The notes under the pieces were generated by a model. That model searched no databases, was not told the DNA's origin, and saw only the letters and a list, made by a program, of their open reading frames with translations. 64,000 nucleotides of DNA, taken from assembly GCF_016026235.1 (NCBI RefSeq), contig NZ_CP065613.1; one strand, 5' to 3'. Of the stretch, positions 51,616 through 60,008 are shown in pieces. This DNA is from Escherichia coli. Its GTDB lineage: Bacteria > Pseudomonadota > Gammaproteobacteria > Enterobacterales > Enterobacteriaceae. The translations under genes were made by a program, and so were the position numbers. Every line of letters starts with the position of its first letter. The first letter of the stretch is position 1.

Positions 51616-52405
51616 TAATACTAGTGGGACTTCACAACCCGAGTCGCAAGTATGTGTAGTACCGCAAAAAATTACAAATAAATTTAAAATAATGATGAGT
51701 AAGGCTTGTAAAGCACAGAAAATGGTTTTATTGAAAAGAGCAGATGATATTATGTCATGGGAGGGGGAACAACAACGAGATTTTATTAAAGTTTTTGGCC
51801 TTAAAGGCGAGGACATTATAAAAATCAGAAAGGTTGGGGAAGATACTGGGAAACGAATGCAAGCGAGACTATTCATAATGGATGGCATCAGACGAATAAT
51901 GACGATTGCAAATGGTTTGACGATCGAAAGCTATAAAGATTATACGAACTGCAATGAATTTGCTGCTTTTATTAGTCCACATCTTGATCCTCCTTACATT
52001 GTAAATATCGGAGCGCATTTTGAATACAGACATGGTATAAAACAGTCGGTTACAGGTAGAGACTCTCATGTAAGTACACTTTGCCATGAAATGTCCCATA
52101 TATTTTGGTATTGGGGTGACAATCAAAAAGGTGGTATGTGGACTCAGGATTATACGGGTATTAATAAGTTCGCAACAAGTAATAAGGATGAAGTTAGCTA
52201 TGAGAAACATGTTTCAGTGGCTAATGATCTGGTTACATTGCGTAAAGATCAGTTATTTGAGAATGCATATAATGTTGAAAGATATTTTTATATAAAATTA
52301 AATGATGAAGATATTGAAGCTCAAGATGAGAATATGTTAGCAAAAAAAGTAGAGGATAAAATAAAAGAGATAGAAAAATGTTTTGATGAGTTGATGGGGA
52401 AATAA
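51602..52405 (+). CDS. VgrG-coupled HExxH protein, candidate zinc-metallopeptidase effector
   Basis: ATG 51602 overlaps the vgrG stop by 14 nt; 267 aa; HExxH in hydrophobic context (TLCHEMSHIFWYW) followed by WTQDYTG; low-GC cassette. Confidence 0.55.
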   Translation: MAGNNNTSGTSQPESQVCVVPQKITNKFKIMMSKACKAQKMVLLKRADDIMSWEGEQQRDFIKVFGLKGEDIIKIRKVGEDTGKRMQARLFIMDGIRRIMTIANGLTIESYKDYTNCNEFAAFISPHLDPPYIVNIGAHFEYRHGIKQSVTGRDSHVSTLCHEMSHIFWYWGDNQKGGMWTQDYTGINKFATSNKDEVSYEKHVSVANDLVTLRKDQLFENAYNVERYFYIKLNDEDIEAQDENMLAKKVEDKIKEIEKCFDELMGK

Positions 52406-52468
52406 GATGAAGAGGTTGGCTTTCTATAATCTAAATTATGTTGTACTGATGGTTTTTTTCTTTGTTTT

Positions 52469-53155
52469 TTGCCATTATCTATTGCAATTGCAATAGATAA
52501 TGAGAATCTTTTTGTAAAAAAATACAGATTCGGTTTTGAACGAAGAAGTGACAATGGGAAACCAATTATTTATCTTAGCCATAATTTAGCGCCAGAGGAA
52601 AATATAAGTAATGAATTAACAAATGATGTTGTTGTTAAATTGGTGGTTAAGCCACATGCTGAAAATATTTTAGCTACTATAACTTTTTATAACAGTAGTA
52701 CTAAATCGTATTTTCTCCCCAGAATATATTATCCAAAGAACTTCCAAAAAGGAAATGGAGATGTATTTGATGCTTTGTGTGATGACGAATTCTTGATTAC
52801 ATCAGGAAATATTAGCTTAGACTATCTAGGAGGCTTTTGTCCCTTTGAGCTTGATTTGAATTTGAGCCGATGGGTGGAAATTACGGCAGGTAAAAAAATA
52901 TCTTTTGATGTAAAATTGAATGATATGCATTCATTTCTCCCCAGTTTAAATAATTATCATATAAAAACATTAAACTACAAACTTGTTAGGAGAAAATGGT
53001 TTGTATTAAAATCAATTAATGAAACATTCCTCTCTATTTTGATGAAAAGATACTCATGTAATGAATATGATTTTAGAGCTATATCATTTAGTGGAGAGGG
53101 ATGTGATAATTATGAATTTGATAAAAATACGTTTTTTTTGTTAATCAAATATTAG
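52469..53155 (+). CDS. hypothetical protein, candidate cognate immunity/partner of the HExxH protein
   Basis: 228 aa ORF (TTG start in ORF track) directly downstream in a very AT-rich cassette; an upstream ATG at 52407 encodes a hydrophobic leader in a different frame. Confidence 0.4.
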   Translation: MPLSIAIAIDNENLFVKKYRFGFERRSDNGKPIIYLSHNLAPEENISNELTNDVVVKLVVKPHAENILATITFYNSSTKSYFLPRIYYPKNFQKGNGDVFDALCDDEFLITSGNISLDYLGGFCPFELDLNLSRWVEITAGKKISFDVKLNDMHSFLPSLNNYHIKTLNYKLVRRKWFVLKSINETFLSILMKRYSCNEYDFRAISFSGEGCDNYEFDKNTFFLLIKY

Positions 53156-53329
53156 ATAAAGATGATGAGCAACATTCTGTTCATATTAGGTCTAATGAAT
53201 TTTCCATCAATATCGATGGAAGCTTGGTAAAGCAACCTTATTGATTAAAATGTATCGCAGGTTTTATTTTCTGTAATGCTGGTGCATGTGCGTAAATATT
53301 TCTTAAGAGCCGGAAACACCTCTTCCGCC

Positions 53330-53732
53330 TTTATCGACGATAAACCTACCGCCAGAACCGGTGATGCCATTGACTGCGGTGGCGTGGTTAAAGGTGGCGG
53401 GCGATGTGGTGCTGGAGAGCAGCAGCCGGATAAGCCTGAAGGTGGGCGGTTCGTTTGTGGTCATCCATTCAGGGGGCGTGGACATCGTCGGGCCGAAAAT
53501 CAATCTCAATAGCGGCGGTAGTCCGGGAACGCCGGTGCCGACGCTGCAACCGGCGGTTCTGAAAGCGCTGGCAGATGATAAAAGTTTAGCGGCTGAGCAA
53601 AATGATAGTAATGCATCGTCCGATCAGAATGATAACAACGATGAGGGTGAGGAAGCGCCAGAAAAATCGGTGTGTAAGGAGTGCCTGAAAAGGGCGCAAG
53701 AAGCCGCCGCCGTTTTTGCGCCTCGTGGATAA
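53330..53732 (+). pseudogene. orphan vgrG 3' remnant
   Basis: 53394..53576 is a diverged repeat of vgrG 51109..51281 (...LESSSRISLKVGGSF(V/I)VI..GGVDI.GPKINLN.GGS.GTPV...) with a different C-terminal tail; no N-terminal vgrG body. Confidence 0.75.
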
Positions 53733-53738
53733 GGGAGA

Positions 53739-54509
53739 ATGACAATGATAACAGTATCGCCACACGCTACCGATCAAGACAAATATATTATCTGGCTGAA
53801 GCAAGCTGAATCATTCTGTTCTGCCGCTGGTTTGGATTACATAGATGTGCTTGTTGACCAGGCTGGAACCGACCAACCTTTGCAAAATGATATGCTTCAT
53901 CTGTGGCCAGCCATTCACTGGTATGCCCTGTTTGAAGGAACGCCTGAAGCTGAGACGATGGAGTATTCCCCTGTAGTGTTACGCCTGTACTTTGCGCTCA
54001 GTAGCCATCGCAAATTTCTGGCACAACTGATGGCGTCATTTGCTGATACGCCGCGTCTTACTTTGTTGATATCCCCTCTTACATTCGACCTGCTGGGGCG
54101 GCATCTTCAGGTATTGTCACAGGTTCAGTGGGAAGAACAGACCGGATTGCTGCGTTACTATGATAATCGGGTGTTCCCTTTACTGTTCACACATGTTTTG
54201 ACTAACGAGCAGCAGGCGACATTTACTGATATTGCGTTGTTCTGGAGCTGGTTAGACCGTGATGGTGAGATTAACTGGAAATCAGGAAGTTTTTCACCAG
54301 AACGCAGGCTTACTGACAACCCGGAGATGAATCGGGTGGATGATGTACAGGTGGGATTGATGGGCTGTATCTGCGACGCTGAAGTCCTGATGAAGGAGAA
54401 AGCAGTCAGTGAACTCAGTCAGGAAAGCTATTTTGCCCACTGTCTTGATATTGCTTTCAGAGCCAATGACGCGAAATATTTCGGAGCTTTGCGGGACTTC
54501 GAAGGATAA
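53739..54509 (+). CDS. putative T6SS effector adaptor (DUF4123/Tap-like by position and size)
   Basis: 256 aa ORF immediately after the vgrG remnant and upstream of the effector module; family assignment not verified. Confidence 0.4.
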   Translation: MTMITVSPHATDQDKYIIWLKQAESFCSAAGLDYIDVLVDQAGTDQPLQNDMLHLWPAIHWYALFEGTPEAETMEYSPVVLRLYFALSSHRKFLAQLMASFADTPRLTLLISPLTFDLLGRHLQVLSQVQWEEQTGLLRYYDNRVFPLLFTHVLTNEQQATFTDIALFWSWLDRDGEINWKSGSFSPERRLTDNPEMNRVDDVQVGLMGCICDAEVLMKEKAVSELSQESYFAHCLDIAFRANDAKYFGALRDFEG

Positions 54510-54822
54510 TATTGTGGTGATGTACGGGGAGATTTATCTGTTTAAAAGTCCGTAGCTGTTAATATCAAGAGATAATCGTGAAATAAACGGAAAATCAAGC
54601 TCGACATGTAATGGTAGTATCCATCATGTTGCATTTGTGTTCGATCGTAATGTCAGTTCACTTGGCTGCAATATATTTTGCGTAATATCATCAATGCTCT
54701 GTCGATATTCCAATGTGTGACAATCGAAAGATATGCATTTTATTTGCTTCTTTGTCAAAACTTTATTGTCGTAGAAACAATACCCATCAATTAAAATCTC
54801 TCAAAGTAAAAGAACCAGCAAC

Positions 54823-55377
54823 ATGTCCAGCAAAATAAGGAAAAGTATCAGTATGAGAGCGATTTTCAAATGTTATTCTCTAATGATTTTATTTGCAGTA
54901 TCAGGCTGTTCAATGGCAAAAAATAGCGGTGATTACACTGCTGTGGATATTAATGGGATAAATCATACGGATAAGGATATAAATTATATACACATCAATG
55001 GTTACGGCGGACCAAATATTGGCCCATTCGGAGACGGTGGAAGATATTGTTGCGTTATGCTGCCAGATAAGTGGCATTCTGGATTAAAAGCCCGAGTTGA
55101 GTGGGAGGTTGATCCAAATACAGCTCCTCTGCCTCCAGGCTATAAGGACAGGGAGAAATTTGAAGCATGGAAGAAAGTTGCGCTAAACAGTTTTAGAAAA
55201 TATTCAACAATTGTTGATATCCCGGAATATGATGCTGAGCTTTGTGGCCTGACCGTTCATTTTCTAACGTGTAATCAGATAAAAGTGACAACCGTCTGCC
55301 AGAAATATGGTACACCAAATTATCCTATCAAAGAACCCCGCGAGATGAAGGAACCAGCAACATGTCCAGCAAAATAA
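54823..55377 (+). CDS. lipoprotein, candidate Tle-family immunity protein (paralog 1)
   Basis: 184 aa with lipobox (FAVSGC); about 60% identical to the next ORF; conserved C-terminus ...IKEPREMKEPATCPAK. Confidence 0.6.
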   Translation: MSSKIRKSISMRAIFKCYSLMILFAVSGCSMAKNSGDYTAVDINGINHTDKDINYIHINGYGGPNIGPFGDGGRYCCVMLPDKWHSGLKARVEWEVDPNTAPLPPGYKDREKFEAWKKVALNSFRKYSTIVDIPEYDAELCGLTVHFLTCNQIKVTTVCQKYGTPNYPIKEPREMKEPATCPAK

Positions 55378-55904
55378 GAAATGGAATGAATATAACAAAA
55401 GTAGTTAAAGGCTGTCTGGTATTAATTTTGATGGTGATTTCGGGTTGCTCAGCAGCTAATTACGACGATTATACTGCAGGTGATCTCCGGGCAATAAATC
55501 ATATTAAAGGTATCAGTATTAATTGGTTCACCGTAAATGGTTATCGGGTCCATGGTTTGGGCGGTGGATATTGCTGCATAATGTTACCAGAGAAGTGGCA
55601 TTCTGGATTAAAAGCCCGGATCGAGTGGGAAGTAGACCCGAACCCCCTTGAACCTATTGCAATGAAAAAAGAAGGTTTTGGCTATGAAGAAGATGCTTAT
55701 GCTAAACATGCTGCAAATTATCAAAAATATAAAGTAATTGTTGATATCCCGGAATACGGCGCTGAACGTTGTGGCCTGACCGTTCATTTTCTGCCGTGTA
55801 ATCAGATTAAAGTGACAACCGTCTGCGAGGGCTATGGCACACCGAATTATCCTATCAAAGAACCCCGCGAGATGAAGGAACCTGCAACATGTCCAGCAAA
55901 ATAA
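55362..55904 (+). CDS. lipoprotein, candidate Tle-family immunity protein (paralog 2)
   Basis: 180 aa with lipobox (MVISGC); start overlaps stop of paralog 1 within the repeated motif ACATGTCCAGCAAAATAAG. Confidence 0.6.
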   Translation: MSSKIRNGMNITKVVKGCLVLILMVISGCSAANYDDYTAGDLRAINHIKGISINWFTVNGYRVHGLGGGYCCIMLPEKWHSGLKARIEWEVDPNPLEPIAMKKEGFGYEEDAYAKHAANYQKYKVIVDIPEYGAERCGLTVHFLPCNQIKVTTVCEGYGTPNYPIKEPREMKEPATCPAK

Positions 55905-57982
55905 GTGGTCTGGCTTTTCCGTGTTATGCCCCCCCGGTGTTCCCTGAAGATGGGCGATTAATATTATCTGAAGTGCAGGTAAACGCGAACTACCTAAAAC
56001 AAATCAATAAAACAGAGGAGCACAAAACCAACTGTAGTAAACAGGCTGGATTTAGAATTGGCTTTACGTGTAATCAAAGTCTGCATATTAGTCTGTTTTT
56101 TGATGGTACAAATAATAATGAATATAATGACACAAAAGTCTCTCATCCAACCAATATTGCGAAATTATTCCACACAAGTATCGAAGACCGTAATGCTGGG
56201 TATTTTTCCTATTACATACCTGGTGTAGGCACACCATTTCCCAAGATAGGTGAAATGGATTACAGCAACAGCGGACTGGAATTTGCCACCGGTGGTGAAG
56301 ACAGGATTAATTGGGCATTATTACGCCTCGTGGATGCTCTTAGCTATGCTATTGACCCTACCCAAAATGGGCTGAATGAGAAGGTGGCAAAAGAGCACAT
56401 TCCTGTCATGCGAGCTCACTGGCCGATGACTGGTGAAGTGAATCGTCGCAATGTGATTAACCCCTACCTGGAAAAATTACAGGGGCAGTTAGAACAAGCC
56501 AGTCCGCGCCTGCTAAACGTAAAGCTATTTATCTACGGATTTTCCCGTGGCGCAGCGGAAGCGCGAACCTTTGTTAACTGGTTGACTCAGTTAGCTTGCC
56601 CGCAGAGGCAACAGGTGATGCTGGCCGGTTTAGCTGTCAGTATTGAGTTTTTGGGGCTGCTGGATACCGTAGCTTCTGTGGGGGCGGCGCATGTTTTGCC
56701 GGGCGCTGCCGGTCATATGGGATGGGCCGATAGTACTCAGCAACTCCCTGATGAGCGGCACTTTCCCGGCCTGATTAAATGCTGTCGTCACTTCGTTGCC
56801 GCGCATGAGCAGCGGCTGTGCTTCCCGCTGGATTCAATCCGTCGTCCTGAAGGCAATTATCCTTTATATGCAGAGGAAGTGATCTATCCGGGGATGCACT
56901 CTGATGTCGGTGGTGGCTATCCCGTTTGCGATCAGGGGAAGTCCTGTGGAGGTCCAGATGAAATTCTCTCTCAAATTGCTCTGCATGATATGTATCTTGC
57001 GGCGTTTGATGAGGGCTCTCCATTATCAGTGCATCCTTTATTCATAACCAAAATGATAAAAGATATTTCACCATCAAGAGCTATGTCTGATTCATCAATT
57101 GCTGAATTTGTCATCGCTCCAATGTTGATTAAACGCTTCAACATCTGGCGTCAAGCGCTGCTGAACACCACCTTGCAGGGTACAGAAGAAATGATTGATA
57201 CGAGGGAAGGTTATCACTCCTATCAACTTGCCCAGGTTCTTGAAAGCGCAATTAGCGATCAGATCGGCTGGATCACCGCCTGGCGTATCGGTCGCTATGC
57301 GAATAACAGCCTTCTTGTGCAACCTTTTTATATTAAGGCGCCACAGCTGGATAAAGATGGACTTGATAAAGAGGCTAAAGCGCGTAAAGAACAAATGGAA
57401 AATATTGAAAAAGAACAGGCGAACAAGCAGAAAGGGAATGGCACACTTGATGAAAGTAATCAGGGCATTCCTATCCTTGACCCAACCAATGCTCAGTATC
57501 AGTTGCGAGAGGCAGCCCGAGAATTTCAGAGCGATTATAAAGGATGGACGCGCGATATTAACGGCAGCGTCATGGAGAAAGCCATTCAGATTCTTGTGGA
57601 TGTCATTCCTAAATATCCGGTGTATCTGATTAATGGCGATGATGAAGCAAAAGAATATCAGCAAATTAAGGCTATGGGAGACGGACTCTATCCACAATTT
57701 TTTATTGATTCACTGGGAACGGGAACGCGTACTCAGCCATGCGCTGAATTACTGGCTCTCTATGATGACCAGGTTCACGACTCCCGCGCCTGGTTTATGC
57801 AAAGTTCGCTGGGTGGACGCGAACCCTGGGGCGGTTATTTTCGCTACCGCATGATTTACTTCGGTGATGAGGCTAATAAAGAGCTGAAGCTAATCTCTGC
57901 AGATGGCAAAGTTGTTGGCGATCAGCCCACATCCAACCGGGTCATTTATTGGATGGAATCGAAAACGGTGAGCCGAGGTTAA
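55889..57982 (+). CDS. DUF2235-type alpha/beta-hydrolase, Tle1-family phospholipase effector candidate
   Basis: 697 aa; N-terminal FFDGTNNN motif and GxSxG lipase motif (GFSRG); start overlaps stop of lipoprotein paralog 2 by the same junction motif. Confidence 0.7.
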   Translation: MSSKISGLAFPCYAPPVFPEDGRLILSEVQVNANYLKQINKTEEHKTNCSKQAGFRIGFTCNQSLHISLFFDGTNNNEYNDTKVSHPTNIAKLFHTSIEDRNAGYFSYYIPGVGTPFPKIGEMDYSNSGLEFATGGEDRINWALLRLVDALSYAIDPTQNGLNEKVAKEHIPVMRAHWPMTGEVNRRNVINPYLEKLQGQLEQASPRLLNVKLFIYGFSRGAAEARTFVNWLTQLACPQRQQVMLAGLAVSIEFLGLLDTVASVGAAHVLPGAAGHMGWADSTQQLPDERHFPGLIKCCRHFVAAHEQRLCFPLDSIRRPEGNYPLYAEEVIYPGMHSDVGGGYPVCDQGKSCGGPDEILSQIALHDMYLAAFDEGSPLSVHPLFITKMIKDISPSRAMSDSSIAEFVIAPMLIKRFNIWRQALLNTTLQGTEEMIDTREGYHSYQLAQVLESAISDQIGWITAWRIGRYANNSLLVQPFYIKAPQLDKDGLDKEAKARKEQMENIEKEQANKQKGNGTLDESNQGIPILDPTNAQYQLREAAREFQSDYKGWTRDINGSVMEKAIQILVDVIPKYPVYLINGDDEAKEYQQIKAMGDGLYPQFFIDSLGTGTRTQPCAELLALYDDQVHDSRAWFMQSSLGGREPWGGYFRYRMIYFGDEANKELKLISADGKVVGDQPTSNRVIYWMESKTVSRG

Positions 57983-58238
57983 GTTCATAAGATTGAGGGG
58001 TTGGTGACCGGGAAAATGTAGACATGTAGTGCCTAATCACCCCAGTTCAAACCCATCCGCATCCCGCCATGCCGGAAACTTCACACTGTACTCCCAGGGA
58101 AAAATCACGTAATGCTGCTTTTTTTGTACTAAATAATTCGCATTTTATGTTCAATAATTGAGGTGTTCCTTATTACCTAAAGCTGTTTTTCATTGCTTAT
58201 ACATGATCAAATACTCATTGCATAATTAAGGGGGCAAA

Positions 58239-59065
58239 ATGGAACTTAAAAAATTGATGGAACATATTTCTATTATCCCCGATTACAGGCAAGCCTGGAA
58301 AGTGGAACATAAATTGCAGATATTCTATCTGTTAACTATTTGCGCCGTTATTTCTGGTGCATAATGCTGGGAAGATATAGAGGATTTGGGGAAACACAAC
58401 CCGATTTTTTGAAGTGATATGGTGATTTTGAAAATGGTATTCCTGTTCACGATATCATTGCCAGAGTTGTATCCTGTATCAGTCCTGAAAAATTTCATGA
58501 GTGCTTTATTAACTGGATGCGTGACTGTCATTCTTCAGATGATAAAGACGTCATTACAATTGATGGAAAAACGCTCCGGCACTCTTATGATAAAAGTCGT
58601 CACAAGGGAGCAATTTATGTCATTAAAATCCGTCTTCATATTGTTTGCATGTCTCTGATGAATTTATTGATTTTACGTTTGAATGGAAAGGGCTGAAGAA
58701 ATTATGCATGGCAGTCTCATTTCGCTCAATAATAGCAGAACAAAAGAAAAATCCCGAAATGACGGTCAGATATTATAGCATTTCTGCTGATTTAACCGCA
58801 GAGAAGTTCGCCACAGCGAACCGAAATCACTGGCAAGTGGAGAATAAATTGCACTGGCATCTGGACGTGGTAATGAATAAAGACGACTTTATAATAAGAA
58901 GATGAAATGCAACAGAATTATTTTCAGGGATACGGAACATCGCTATTAATATTTCAAAGAAAGATAAGATACTCAAGGCCGGGGCAAGATGTAAGATGTG
59001 AAAGCAGCTGCGGACAGAGACTACCTCGCGTCAGTCCTTTCGGGGGCGGGCTTTCGTAATCTTGC
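58239..59065 (+). pseudogene. yafF: H-repeat-associated (ISAs1-family) transposase remnant, yafF-like, multiply frameshifted
   Basis: [26 protein letters not shown]... then stops and frame changes; fragments in ORFs 58419..58658 and 58645..58905 and a C-terminal tail near 58920..59060. Confidence 0.6.
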
Positions 59066-59228
59066 TCTGCAAGGGATGATAAAAAGTGCAACTTTATTCC
59101 ACGCAGCTATTTAGACAGCGTACAGTAAACAAACGAAAGTTGTTATTTCAATGGTCAGGGCAAGAGCATGAAGTGTTTACTACACACTATGCTCTTGTAC
59201 TGGAGTCAGGTCTTGTTTGGAGGGATAA

Positions 59229-59732
59229 ATGGTAGATATTGTCGAGGCCGATAAAACGGATATTTATTTCATTCAGGAGAGTGTTTATGGCAAAATCGGG
59301 TTGCCAGCTTTTGGTAATACAATAGGACCATCCGCACAGCAAGTTGTTAAAAAGGTATTCGCTGTCGTTAAAGAACGAGATAAGACACATGCAAAACAGA
59401 GATTATTGTTGGAATATAATGGTAACAAACTCTGGATGAATGCTATTGATGGCAGTGAAGCTATCCTACCAACAGAATTTTCTAAGCGATACGAACTTTC
59501 ATTATTCAATACTACTAATTTTGGAGAAGATCCTTTTCCTGATGTTAATTTATATAATAATATGAAATCAAGTTTTTTTGTAAGGTTTGGTGGAACATCC
59601 CATCCCGAGGCTTGGGCTATTTATAATGCAAGTACGAAAGAGGTTAAATATATAGAAACTGCAAGAGAAATTGATAAAATATTCAGTGATTTTAACTTGA
59701 GTGGTACATTGCCAATTCACATTGGTCAATGA
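59229..59732 (+). CDS. hypothetical protein
   Basis: 167 aa ORF in low-GC DNA; no recognisable motif. Confidence 0.35.
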   Translation: MVDIVEADKTDIYFIQESVYGKIGLPAFGNTIGPSAQQVVKKVFAVVKERDKTHAKQRLLLEYNGNKLWMNAIDGSEAILPTEFSKRYELSLFNTTNFGEDPFPDVNLYNNMKSSFFVRFGGTSHPEAWAIYNASTKEVKYIETAREIDKIFSDFNLSGTLPIHIGQ

Positions 59733-59798
59733 TTTTTCAAATTGTGTGATTAAATAATTGAACATTAATGATGATTTATAGCATCATTATTCTATAAC

Positions 59799-60008
59799 AT
59801 GAATAAACGGATTGAATGTGTTATGTTAAAAATGAGTTTATACGTAATAATATTGTTATTTCCCTTTCAGATTAGTGCAGCCATTACTAGCAAGGAAAGT
59901 GAGGTTGTTTCACCATTATTAATGGATGTTAATTCTTCACTAACAATGGAAAATATTTCTGAATTATCCACATCATCGGAACCATCGCAACAGGGGGTAT
60001 TTCCCTGA
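59799..60008 (+). pseudogene. 5' part of a secreted-protein gene disrupted by an IS10-like insertion
   Basis: Signal-peptide-like N-terminus (MLKMSLYVIILLFPFQISAA); reading frame runs into the IS inverted repeat and resumes at 61299 (…QQGVFP | VICTRLHPGS…). Confidence 0.55.

Noticed and set aside
54807-55905. Possible CRISPR-like array suggested by three identical short repeats
   Set aside because: Only three copies, spaced about 530 bp apart, each embedded in the start/stop overlap of protein-coding paralogs; this is gene duplication, not a repeat-spacer array.
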